The notes beneath the pieces were generated by a model. It was not told where the DNA came from. It saw only the letters and a program-made list of their open reading frames with translations, and did not search any database. 64,000 bases of DNA, taken from Scyliorhinus canicula. Its lineage: Eukaryota. How positions within the stretch are numbered: the first letter of the stretch is position 1; each line of letters starts with the position of its first letter. The translations under genes and the position numbers were made by a program. The stretch is taken from positions 98,325,098-98,389,097 of the forward strand of contig NC_052148.1 in the NCBI RefSeq assembly GCF_902713615.1, written 5' to 3'. Below, one piece after another: positions 12,739-24,121 of the stretch.

Positions 12739-13496
12739 ATTTTCACCGGGAACGGGTGTTCTCGCCCATTCCATCATGGCTCCAGATGCGCCATGAGGTG
12801 GCACAGATCTCTCACGGTCTCCCTGCTCAACCTCAGTCAGTGGCGGAACACTCGATCCGGCATGTCTTCGTACAACAAGCGCTGCCGGTATACACGAGGC
12901 CTGATGCGATGCACTCCTCCTCAGCCTGTTGGGCGGCTGGCTCTCCATCAACACTAACTGGTCCCTCTTCTGTGGGGCAGGCTCCTATTCTGCAGGACCC
13001 TCCCCAAACAGCTCCTGCTCGTGCAACCTCAGTGCATCCATCAGGGTTACGGCAGCTAGACAGATGCCAACCATTCCTGACTCGATACTAATATCCATTT
13101 TCTGCAGGAGGTAAAGGGCAGACATGTTAGCATGGTGAGTATCCATGCCCAACCAGGTCCAAGGGGCTACACGGTGGTCCTGGTTTGCACTGTGTGGTGG
13201 TATGAATGGGAGCACTGCCATTGGTGCAGAGCATTGGTCTCCCATTGGCTCTGGCTGGTCATGTGCCTCTTGTCTGATTGGCTGGGACTAGTCATGTGAC
13301 TGCTCACCAATTGGTCGAGAGGGAAGTAGACCCCGCCTCTGAGGCGGGGTATTAGTACCCAGAGTTCCCGGCGGTCAGCCTTTCTCTGTAGTCGACCACC
13401 GGGCTAACAACTAGCTGATTAAAGCCAAAGTTTGGATCTTCATCGTGCCTCGCGCCCAATTGATGGTACATCAATTTAATCAGCTAGAATTTTGAA

Positions 13497-14260
13497 ATGG
13501 AGCTACGCATCAAGCCTGACTGCCTCCGCATCAGCCCGCATGCTTCAAATGCGCCTGCAATCTTTAAACATTGGCAGGCGTGTTTCAACAGTTACCTGAC
13601 AACTGCAGCCAGCAAACACACCAAGGAGCAGAAACTCCATATCCTCTACTCGTGCGTGGGCACAGCGGTATATTCAATGATCGAGGACGAAAATGATTAT
13701 GACGCGGCCATGGATATTCTGAGAAGACACTTTCTCCGGCCGGTCAACGAAGTATACGCACGGCATCTCCTGACTACTAGACAACAGTTCCCTGGTGAGT
13801 CATTCGACGAGTTCTACCAGGCCCTCACGGCTCTAGGGAGAAGTTGCGCCTGTCCCCAAGTTTCTGCGACTGAGCACATGGAACTTTTAATTAGAGATGC
13901 TTACATTGCAGGCATGCAATCCTCCTCTATCCGCCAACGATTGCTGGAGAAGAACGCCCTCAGCTTAGCTGAGGCACGGACCCTCGCAACCTCCCTGGAG
14001 GTCGCCGACCTGAACGCCCGCGCATACGCCCCCGGCCGCGCAGCAACCCCCTGGACTTCATGGCACGCACCGCCTCCGTCCACCGCTGACCCCGACCCCC
14101 CCCCAGGCCTGCGCCATGGGTCGCTCCGACATGCTAACGGGGCCCCGCTGCTATTTTTGCGGCCTCTCCAAACACCCCCGCCCGCGTTGCCCGGCTCTGC
14201 TCCGCTCTGTGTAAGAGCTGCGGGAAGAAGGGCCATTACGCTGTGGTCTGCCAGACCAAG
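13497..14260 (+). pseudogene. gag: Gypsy gag (frameshifted), two CCHC zinc knuckles
   Basis: ATG 13497 MELRIKPD..FKHWQACF..YARHLLTTRQQFPGESFDEF; CYFCGLSKHPRPRC at 14149 and CKSCGKKGHYAVVC at 14210 lie in shifted frames. Confidence 0.88.
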
Positions 14261-14589
14261 TCGGTCGTTGCTGTTCCGCGCAGCGACCACGGATCACCCC
14301 CCCCCCCCAGGCCCTCCCAGGGCCCAGCGCTGCGCACAGACCTCTCCGGCCCGCCTCCCAGCCCCGCAACAGGCTCACGGTCCTCCCGACCCCCGCTCCC
14401 GGCTGCCCCGACCGGCCCGCAGACGCCGCTGACACTGCCCCCAGCTGCCACGAGGTTCCCACGGGCGCCGCCATCTTGGGTCCTGGACGCCACGTGCGGG
14501 TCCTGGGCGCCGCCACCTTGGGCAAACACAGGAGGCCCTGCCAGCGATTACTCTGCCACCGAGGAATATCTGGAACTCTCGCCACGACT

Positions 14590-17062
14590 TGCTTCCATCA
14601 CACTCGACCACGCACGCTCGCCAAGACTACGACAACGATCCAGCTCAACGGGCATGAGACGAAATGCCTTCTGGACTCCGTGAGCATGCAAAGTTTTGTC
14701 CACCCCGACACGGTAAGACGCTGCGCGCTCCCCATCCACCCAGTCAAGCATAAGATCGATTTGGCCTCGAGTTCGCACTCCGTCCAGATCACCGGGTGCT
14801 GCATAGCGGACCTCACGGTCCAGGGGAGGGTTTTCAAAAACTACAAACTCCTCATTCTCCCCCGTCAATGCGCTGCGGCACTCTTGGGCCTGGATTTCCA
14901 GTGCAATCTGCAGAGCTTGACCTTCCAATTCGATGGCCCAATTCCCCCCCTTACTGTCTGCAGCCTCGCATTCCTCAAAGTGGATCCCCCTTCCTTGTTT
15001 GCTAATCTCACCCCAGATTGTAAACCTGTCACCACTCGGAGAAGACGATACAGTGCCCAGGACCGGACCTTCATCGGGTCTGAGGTCCAGAGGCTCCTTA
15101 AGGAAGGAGTTATCAAGGTCAGCAACACTCCCTGGCGAGCCCAAGTGCTGGTAGTTCGGACTGGGGAGAAAAACCGGATGGTCATCGATTACAGTCAGAC
15201 CATCAACAGGTTTACGCAGCTGGACGCGTATCCTCTCCCCCATATTTCCGACCTGGTTAACAGGATCGCAAAGTACAAAGTCTTTTCCACGGTGGATCTT
15301 AAATCTGCCTACCACCAGCTCCCCATCCGCGCGAGTGACCGCAAGTACACCGCGTTTGAGGCAGATGGGCGCCTCTACCACTTCCTCAGGGTTCCCTTCG
15401 GTGTCACAAATGGGGTCTCGATCTTCCAACAGGAGATGGACCGAATGGTCGACAAGCACGGGTTACGGGCTACCTTCCCGTATCTCGATAACGTCACCAT
15501 CTGCGGCCACCAGCAGAACCATGACATCAACCTTCAAAAATTCCTCCGACCCGCTAAACTCCTTAATTTAACCTACAATGAGGATAAGTGCGTGTTTAGC
15601 ACCGATCGCCTAGCCATCCTTGGCTACGTAGTGCGTAACGGAGTGATAGGCCCCGATCCCGAACGCATGCGCCCCCTGATGGAACTCCCTCTCCCCAACT
15701 CCCTAAAATCCCTCAACCGCTGCCTGGGCTTCTTCTCCTATTACGCCCAGTGGGTCTCCAACTACGCCGACAAAGCCCGCCCCCTCATCCAGTCCACCTC
15801 CTTCCCCCTGTCGATGGAGGCCCGCCAGGCCTTTAGCCGTTATCAAAGCGGATGTCGCAAAGGCCACGATGTATGCTATCGACGAGTCCCTCCCATTCCA
15901 GGTCGAGAGCGACGGGTCTGATGTAGCTCTGGCAGCCACCCTGAACTAGGCGGGCAGACCCGTGGCCTTCTTCTCCCGGACCCTCCACGCTTCCAAAATC
16001 CGCCACTCCATGGTGGAAAAGGAGGTACAGGCCATAGTCGAAGCTGTGCGATATTGGAGGCACTATCAGGCCCTATCACTATCAGGAAGTTTACCCTCCT
16101 CACAGACCAACGGTCAGTGGCTTTCATGTTCGATAATGCATAAAGGGGCAAGATCAAGAATGACAAGATCTTGCGGTGGCGGATCGAGTTGTCCACGTAC
16201 AACTACGATATCTTGTACCGTCCTGGGAAGCTCAACGAGCCTCCCGATGCCCTATCCCGCGGTACCTGCGCCAGCGCGCAGCTTGACCGCCTCCGCTCCC
16301 TCCACACGGACCTCTGCCATCCAGGAGTCATCCGTTTTTACCACTTTATTAAGACCCACAACCTGCCCTACTCCGTCGAGGAAGTCAGGACCGTCACCAG
16401 GGACTGCCACGTCTGCGCCGAGTGCAAACCGCACTTCTACCGCCCCGAACGAGCGCATCTGATCAAGCCGTCCGCCCCTTTGAACGTCTCAGTATAGACT
16501 TCAAGGGTCCCCTCCCCTCCAACAACCATAACACATATTTCTTGAGTGTTATTGATGAGTACTCCCGCTTCCCTTTCGCCATTCCCAGTCCCAACATGAC
16601 CACATGAACGTCTTCTTGTTTTCCCCAGGAAGTCGTCCTCAGGATCCCCTCTCCCGACCTGGCTGGCCACCCCCGGGCCCATCCTGCTCCGGAAGCATGT
16701 GCGGGTGCACAAGTCCGACCCGTTGGTTGAGCGAGTCCAGTTACTCCATGCCAACCTGCAGTATGCAGGATACGGTCTCGCTTTGGGACCTGGCAGCCGC
16801 CGGCGTGCGGCCTTCTCCTCTTACATCAACACCTCCCCCCCAACCCCAATTTCCCCCAGCGCCCCCTGCGCACCCACGACCCAGCGCACAGATATCCTCT
16901 TCCCCGATTACAGCGTCTCCACCACCGGCCCAGGGTATGGAAACACATCTACAACCAATTCTCCCAGAGGCAAGGACGACCACCGGCCCGACGTCACCGG
17001 CTCCAATGCGACGGTCCACCAGAACACCACGGGCACCCGACAGGCTGATTGTGTCCATCTGA
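14590..17062 (+). pseudogene. pol: Gypsy pol (protease, RT, RNase H, integrase), frameshifted, integrase core deleted
   Basis: LLDSVS protease; RT motifs RMVIDYSQTIN, DLKSAYHQ, VPFGVTNG, YLDNV; RNase H AFFSRTL; HHCC (HTDLCHPG..CHVCAEC); IDFKGP..VIDEYSRF, after which the sequence jumps at ~16603 to the C-terminal part. Confidence 0.93.
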
Positions 17063-20000
17063 TGCAACCATGGGACTTTATTGGACTCTATTGTAATTTT
17101 CTTTGCACTCTAATGTAGTTAGTATTGTTCATTTAGCCACGAGCCATGGGCATCCCCCATCTTCTCGATTGTCTCTACTCATACCACCAGTCCTTGGACC
17201 GCCCCCCCCTCTCTCTCTCTCTCTCTTCCCCTTACAACACCCATCCCCCACCCGCCTTCTTTCTCCACAAGGGGTGAATGTGGTGGTATGAATGGGAGCA
17301 CTGCCATTGGTGCAGAGCATTGGTCTCCCAATGGCTCTGGCTGGCCATGTGCCTCTTGTCTGATTGGCTGGGGCTAGTCATGTGACGCTCACCAATTGGT
17401 CGAGAGGCAAGTAGACCCTGCCTCCGAGGCGGGGTATAAGTACCCAGAGTTCCCGGCGGTCGGCCTTTCTCTGTAGTCGACCACCGGGCTAACAACTAGC
17501 TGATTAAAGCCAAAGTTTGGATCTTCATCGTGCCTCGCGTCCAATTGATGGTACATCACACTGCAGCCCCTGTCCCAGCCTGCCACACCACCCATTTCCA
17601 CCTCCAACTCTGACCGTACCCCCTGACACTTCGCTCTCCACACGCCGGCCCTGTTGGTGCCTGGAACCTGGTGCCTCTGACCATGCCACCCTTCCTTGCC
17701 AGCAGAGATACCAGTGACTGGCACTATCCATGTCAGCAGTACATTCTGCGTCCCCTGTCCTGCACCCTCCTGTAGGGTCTATTGTGGGGAACCACTCTGG
17801 TTGGGCCATGTGATACCCCGGCAGAAGGGGGAGGGGGGTGGGCACAGTGCATCACTGTCGGGCGCCATGCTTAATGGCATGCATGCCATTGGATGGGACT
17901 CAGCCTGGGGAGGGCACTCGTTAGGACCACAGGGATGACAGCAGCGGCGCACAGGTGGTATGTACTTGTCTGGGGGCAGGATGGATGGAGACAGGGACAC
18001 AGTTGGCAGGCAGGGCTTGATGTCAGCCGGTGGTCCTGCGGGGTGGGCTAGCTGATGGCGCTACTGGCGAGATGTCTGCCTTGCGAGGGGCAGTGTGCCA
18101 GTGTGGGTGCCAATGTCCACCATACATGCGTCCGCCAGCCAGGGTGGATTCCACGGTTCCCCTGCTGCCCCTGCAGTGGGGCAATGTCTCGGATTGGTGC
18201 CAACATCTGGTGGGCCACAGGCTACACTGTGATATATCCATCCAATTGATGGGCTGGCTGGCATCTGTGGACCCCTAGAGGGTGAACTGGGTGGAGGGGG
18301 GCATCCCTATGGCTTGTGGTGCTCTGTGCATCTATGGACCACAGTGGGCAGTCAATGGGGTGCGCAGCCAGATGAATGCCTTGCAGGCCACAGCAATGAC
18401 GGTCTGTGGCCAGACACCACGGTCCTGGGGGAAACTCGCCCTGGAAGACGCCTCCCGACCAACGGCACAACTGTCAGGCCTTTAGTAACTTTGCTTACCT
18501 CCTCTCCCTCCCTCATCGACCACAGTGCTTGTTTCCCAATTTTAAATGCCGTAAGTGAACCAAGCCATTGTCACTTCCACCTGGCAGAGGCAGAGCATCA
18601 TGGGAGACTTGGTAATACCGGCTCAGGCCTGGTAATCTATGCTAATTACTGTTACTGTACAATTTGCAAGCCCACATCGGCGCTTGTGTGGCACGCATTT
18701 ACGCCACCATCGCCACATCGGAGCATGGCATTCTGTTGGGCACCCATGCGATTCTCCGCCTGATCACGATTCCGGCATCGCTGGATGGAGAATGCCGCCA
18801 GAAGGGTTTGGTGTCCCTAGAATTCTGCTGCTTTTTTCCTCAATGTGGAAAAGGTTGGAGCAGAGATGATACTGTTAATAGGAACCTTGATGAGTTGCTG
18901 CAGTTCATCGTGTGCATTGTACATACTCCAGCCTTTGTGTATCAGTGCTTGAGGTGGTGGAATTTGATTCCAGTGGCAGTGACATCAACCAAATAAACTG
19001 CTCTATCGTAAACAGTATTGAGCATTATTGTAGTTACATCCGTCCAGTAAATGGTTGATATGGCTGGTCCAGTTCAGCTTCTGGTCGGTGGCGAAACCAG
19101 GAGATTGATGGTGGGAGGTTTGGTGATGGTGATTTCATTGAAGGTGGTCTAGTATCTCCTGGTGTGTTCTGGACTGTACCCTCAGCCTGATATAGGGCCA
19201 ACTGCGCAGCTCCACTCAAGCAGATTTGTCGCCATTCACTTGCTTGATGGAGGAGGTGGAAACAGTGTGAATTCTGGAAGATGACACCATCTTGTCAACC
19301 TACCTTCTTTTTATTTACCAGGCTTCAGAAAAACAAAGAAAATAATTCCCCAACCCTACTTCCGAATTCTGAAACCTACACTTCTGGCAGAGAGCCAGCA
19401 GGTCGCAGTCTGCTTGAATTCACCTGCTTAGTCTCAGGAACGTTTGTTTCTCGCATTATTGTTTCAACAGTGAGGACAACTCTTTGTTTATGGATAATAT
19501 TGTTCCCTCAAATAACACCATTAAAAATGTTGTTTTATATTACTAACAGAAAATGTCTCCAATGTTTGCTTACATAATGACAGCTACTTCTGAAGTAATT
19601 AACAGTGTGAAGTACTTTGAGATATAATAAAACACTATTGGCATGAAACGCATTGCTGCTGGAGGGTGCATTACAGAGGCCTAATTTTGCTTTGCTGTGG
19701 TGCGATGCACTGCCAGACGCTTTCTATGCCGCCCGTGTGGTGTCCCATCAGGAGGAGGGTCTTCGTGGGGGTTTCCGCAGACTATGTCAGAATGCTGTGA
19801 GTGCACACTACACTAACACCACGGAGCCCAACTGTCTGATACACTTCCAGAATATCAAATGTAGACCACACATGTCCATGCAGCAAATTGGTCAATTCAT
19901 CAACTCATTCATCAACGAATAAGATGGGCCCTACGCTCGTCTTCCTTAAAGCGCAAGCATAACAAAATTACAACTAAGCCTTTAAGTGCCAGGAAGTACT

Positions 20001-21079
20001 CAGAGGAGCATTCTGGGGAGTGTTGTGGTGAGTTATTCCTTGGTTTGCCAGAGAGTGTTGTTGCAGCCTACAGCAAAGGTGACCTGTCGATACTAAGACT
20101 TTTAACATGTGTGAAGCCAGCAGTGGGAGTGCCTCTGGGTCTGCAACGTGACAGCGAAGTGGATCAGAGACCACAGAAAGGGCAAGCTCTGTATGATGCT
20201 CTCTTGCCAAATTGCCGCAGGAGTGGCCCTTGCTTCTTGACAGTGACAGGATGCTGTCTGGCAAAGCAGTTCATATCACCAGAATACCAGGTTTTCTATT
20301 GGTCAGCCTGCAGCCCACCCTTGCCTGAAACGTATCTGGATTTAATAGGATTCTTGTTTTAAGATTGTTCGTATTTAAGTTTTGTTAAAATCAATAACTG
20401 GACAAGATGACGTGCCTGCTGCAATCCAAGCTTATTTCCACTACACTTGCCTGGAGCTTACAACAGCAGAGCAACATTGATAAACACATTAATCTTTTGT
20501 GACTAATAGCTGTATCTTTCTGCATGGTGTAAGTGGGCATTGTGTCACTGGACTAACAATATCCTCAATCATGATATTTTGCACTAGAAGTTATGGGAGA
20601 TATAATTGAATATCTACTTTCAAAGCAGCGAACACTGGCAGGATTCATACCCCGAAGGGGGGCTGGATTGCTGACTCCTGTCCCTGCCGTAGTAGCAAGC
20701 TGCATATTGCAGCAATAATCAAATTAATGGCTGCAGGGCAACTTTTCAGCCCATTATGTTGTTTGATTGTCATTCGCCCACCCAATCAGAGGTGCAGGGC
20801 GTGATATCAGATGATCAAATTCACAGGCTGTGACCCGGAAGGAGGTCATGACCACTAACTTAAAGGGGCACCTGGTATGGGACATGTCAGGTACCTGTCC
20901 GATTTACTGAAGTTCAAAGCCTGCAGGAATTTTGGTTTCAACAAAATTCTGAGACATTTTCTGAAGTAAATATTATTAATAACTCTTCAGAGACTTAGAC
21001 TTAAGCCAGTGAATATATGGCATGCATTTTGATAATCTACATAAAGATCTGAATATTGAACAGCTGATACATTCTCACA

Positions 21080-21350
21080 TGTTTTCCTCCATAGATGCCT
21101 GGGACAGGGAACAAGGCGAGAGAGGGGGAAGAATGTCCTGAACTGCACCACAATTCGATGGTGACGCTCTCCAAACCCTCTTCCAGGCTGTGTGCGCCAG
21201 GCGTGGATGCCAGTGGATGGGCGACCTCTCTCAATAACCTTATCTGCCTGGATGGAGGTCACTGCAGAGGTCAGCAGCATTGATGTGGTGCTTGAAAACT
21301 GAAGACAATGCAAGACGAGGCTAACTGACCTCTTGAGATCCGTAAAGGTG
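21080..21350 (+). pseudogene. Harbinger-type Myb/SANT-like DNA-binding protein exon remnant
   Basis: APQFDGDALQTLFQAVCARR..SAWMEVTAEVSS..RQCKTRLTDLLR followed by AAG|GTGAAT donor; disrupted. Confidence 0.6.
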
Positions 21351-22677
21351 AATTAGTCCTCACTCTGTGCATTAGGGCACACAAAAGGTACAGGGAAAGC
21401 TGAATAATGCTCAAGCCTTGTGAGTACCTCTGAAGTTCGAAGCAGCATTAGGCACCACTGTCACTGTTCATGACCCTGAAGTCTCTCTGGAGATGTAGTT
21501 GTGGTCCCAGGGTGGTGGGCAAGGGGTGATGTTGGGGAGTGGCAGGCTGACCTGAGACTTGAGGAAGGTACACAAGGTGCAAAGTGTACTGGCTGCCAAC
21601 CATTGTGCACGCTATGCATTCCTCACAGACATTAGACTGATAAGAAAATTAACAATGCCTGGCATTACATTCTCTGAATAATCCTCTGCCGGGCTACCAG
21701 GTTCGCAAAGTCCAGAATACCGGCCTCTTTCGCCTCCTGCACTCCCGGCTCCTCTGCAACCCCAAATATTGTGAACCCCCAGCCCGGCTTGACCCTGGAT
21801 CCTGGATCCTCGACACCATCCTCGCTACGCCCTTCCAAAATTCCTCCAGCGCTGGGCAGGCCCAGACCATATGGATATGATTTGCTGGGCTCCCTGAGCA
21901 CCTAACGCACTTGTCCTCGGTCCCAAAAAACCGTCTCATCCTGGTCCCGGTCATGTGTGCCCTGTGCAGCACCTTAAACTGTATGAGGCTGAGCCTCGCA
22001 CATGAAGAGGAAGAGTTCACCCTCCTGAGGCCATCTGCCCACGTCCCTCCTCGTTTTCCTCCCTCAACTCCTCCTCCCACTTACCTTTCAGCTCCTCCAC
22101 TGAGGCCTCCTCCTCCTCCTGCATCACCTGGTATGTTGCCGAATCTTCCCCTCTCCGACCCACACCACCGAGAACACCCTGTCCTGTACCGTGCGTGGCA
22201 GCAGCAGCGGGAATTCCACCACTTGCCGCCTGGCAAACGCCTTTACCTGTAGGTACCTAAAGGTGTTTCCCGGGGGGAGCCCGTTCTTCTCCTCCAGCTC
22301 GCCTAGGCTCGCAAACTTCCCATCCACAAACAGGTCCCTCAACCTTCTTATCCCTGCCCTGTGCCACCCCGGAAACCCTCCATCTATTCTCCCCGGTGCA
22401 AACCGGTGGTTCCCCCGTATCGGGGTCCACACCGAGGCCCCCACTTCCCCCCTGTGCCGCCTCCATTGCCCACAAATTTTGAGGGTAGCCTCCACCACCG
22501 GACACGTGGTATACCTCGTTGGAGGGAGCGGCAGCAGCGCTGTTGCCAGCGCCTCCAGACTCGTACCCCCACAAGACGCCGTCTCCAGCCTCTTCCATGC
22601 CGCCCCCTCCCCCTCCATCACCCACTTGCGCACCATCGCCGCATTAGCAGCCTTAGTACCCAGAGATGTTGGGCAGC

Positions 22678-22994
22678 TGTGGTGAATTATAAACACTAAT
22701 AATCCACACTGTATTTTACAACATGTGTTGAGCCTGTACCTTGTACTAGATGATGTGTAGTTGCACGCCTCTACCCATAGGGGGAGATGAGGAGTTTGTA
22801 CTGGGCTCCACCCTTGGCTCCGCCCATGGCTCCGCCCATAGCTCCTCCCCTAACCGGAAGTATAAAGGTTGCTGTTGTGAGCCTGCCTGCCAGTTCATCT
22901 AGAGTTCATCTCGCTACAGGCAGGCTCTGTTGTAAGACGATTAAAACCACTGTTATCTTCTAACCATGTGTCGCGTGAATTGATGGTCTCATCA
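22678..22994 (+). mobile_element. Solo LTR inserted in L1 ORF2
   Basis: TGTGG...CATCA, TSD GCAGC (22673-22677 / 22995-22999), TATAAA and ATTAAA present. Confidence 0.93.
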
Positions 22995-24090
22995 GCAGCG
23001 CCAGCCCCCCCATATACCTGCACCTCCCCAGGAACACCCTTCTCACTCTCGGAGTCCCTCGCGGCCACACAAACCTCATTATGCTCCTGTTGACCCGCCT
23101 AAAGAAGGCCTTCGGGATAACAATAGGGAGGCACTGGAACAGGAACAAAAACCTTGGGAGCACCGTCATCTTGACTGACTGCACCCTACCCGCCAGGGAC
23201 AGCGGCAACGCATCCCACCTTTTAAACTCCTCCTCCATCTGCTCCACCAACATCGTGAAATTAAGTTTATGCAGGTCCCCCCAGCTCCTGGACACCTGGA
23301 CCCCCAAGTACCTGAAGCTCCTCTCCGCCCTTTTTAGTGGGAGCTCACAAATCCCCCTCTCCTGGCCCCCTGGGTGAACCACGAACAGCTGGATCCTCCC
23401 CATGTTGAGCTTGTACCCTGAGAAATCCCCAAACTCCCTGAGAATCCTCATTACCTCCGGCGTCCCCCCCCACCGGGTCTGCCACATATAGCAGCAAGTC
23501 ATCCGTATGGAGCGACACCCTATGCTCCTCCACACCCCGCACCAGCCCCCTCCATTTCCTTGACTCCCTCAGTGCCATAGCCAGGGGTTTAATCGCCAAT
23601 GCAGAGAGCAGGCGGGACAAAGGACACCCCTGCCTCGTCCCTCGATGCAGCCGAAAGTACTCCAACCTACTCTTGTTTGTGGCCACACTCGCCATTGGAG
23701 CCTCGTACAGCAGCCTAACCCACCTGATGAACCCCTCCCCAAACCCAAACTCCTTCAGCACCTCCCACAAGTACCCCAACTCTACCCTATCAAAGGCCTT
23801 CTCAGCATCCATCTCCGCCACTATCTCAGCCTCCCCCTCCCTCGCCGGCATCATAATAACGTTCAGGAGCCTCCGCACATTCGCGTTCAACTGCCTCCCC
23901 TTCACAAACCCCGTCTGGTCCTCGTGGATGACCTGCGGCACACAATCCTCAATTCTCATGGCAAAGACCTTCGGCAGCACCTTGGCATCTACATTAAACA
24001 GCGTGATTGGCCCGTAAGACCCACACTGAAGGGGATCCTTGTCCCTCTTCGGGATCAAGGAGATCAGTGCCTGGGACATCGCCGGGGGCA

Positions 24091-24121
<31 letters not shown>

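Larger units (their letters stand above)
13193..17558 (+). mobile_element. Gypsy/Ty3 LTR retrotransposon (Mag-like) with both LTRs, defective
   Basis: LTRs 13193-13473 and 17279-17558 (TG...CA; 9 substitutions plus 1 indel by eye), 5-bp TSD CACTG, PPT AAGGGGTGAA (17269-17278), domain order gag-PR-RT-RH-IN. Confidence 0.97.
12745..18800 (-). mobile_element. Degraded Harbinger transposon remnant (host of the Gypsy insertion)
   Basis: Minus strand 12750-12910 reads RPRVYRQRLLYEDMPDRVFRH*LRLSRETVRDLCHLMAHLEP (HARBI1-like N-terminus); GC-rich continuation after 17563 ends in TIR-like GGAGAATGCCGCC at ~18788-18800. Confidence 0.55.

Noticed and set aside
14548-15459. 303-aa antisense ORF over pol
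   Set aside because: Shadow frame of a GC-rich coding region with no recognisable domain.
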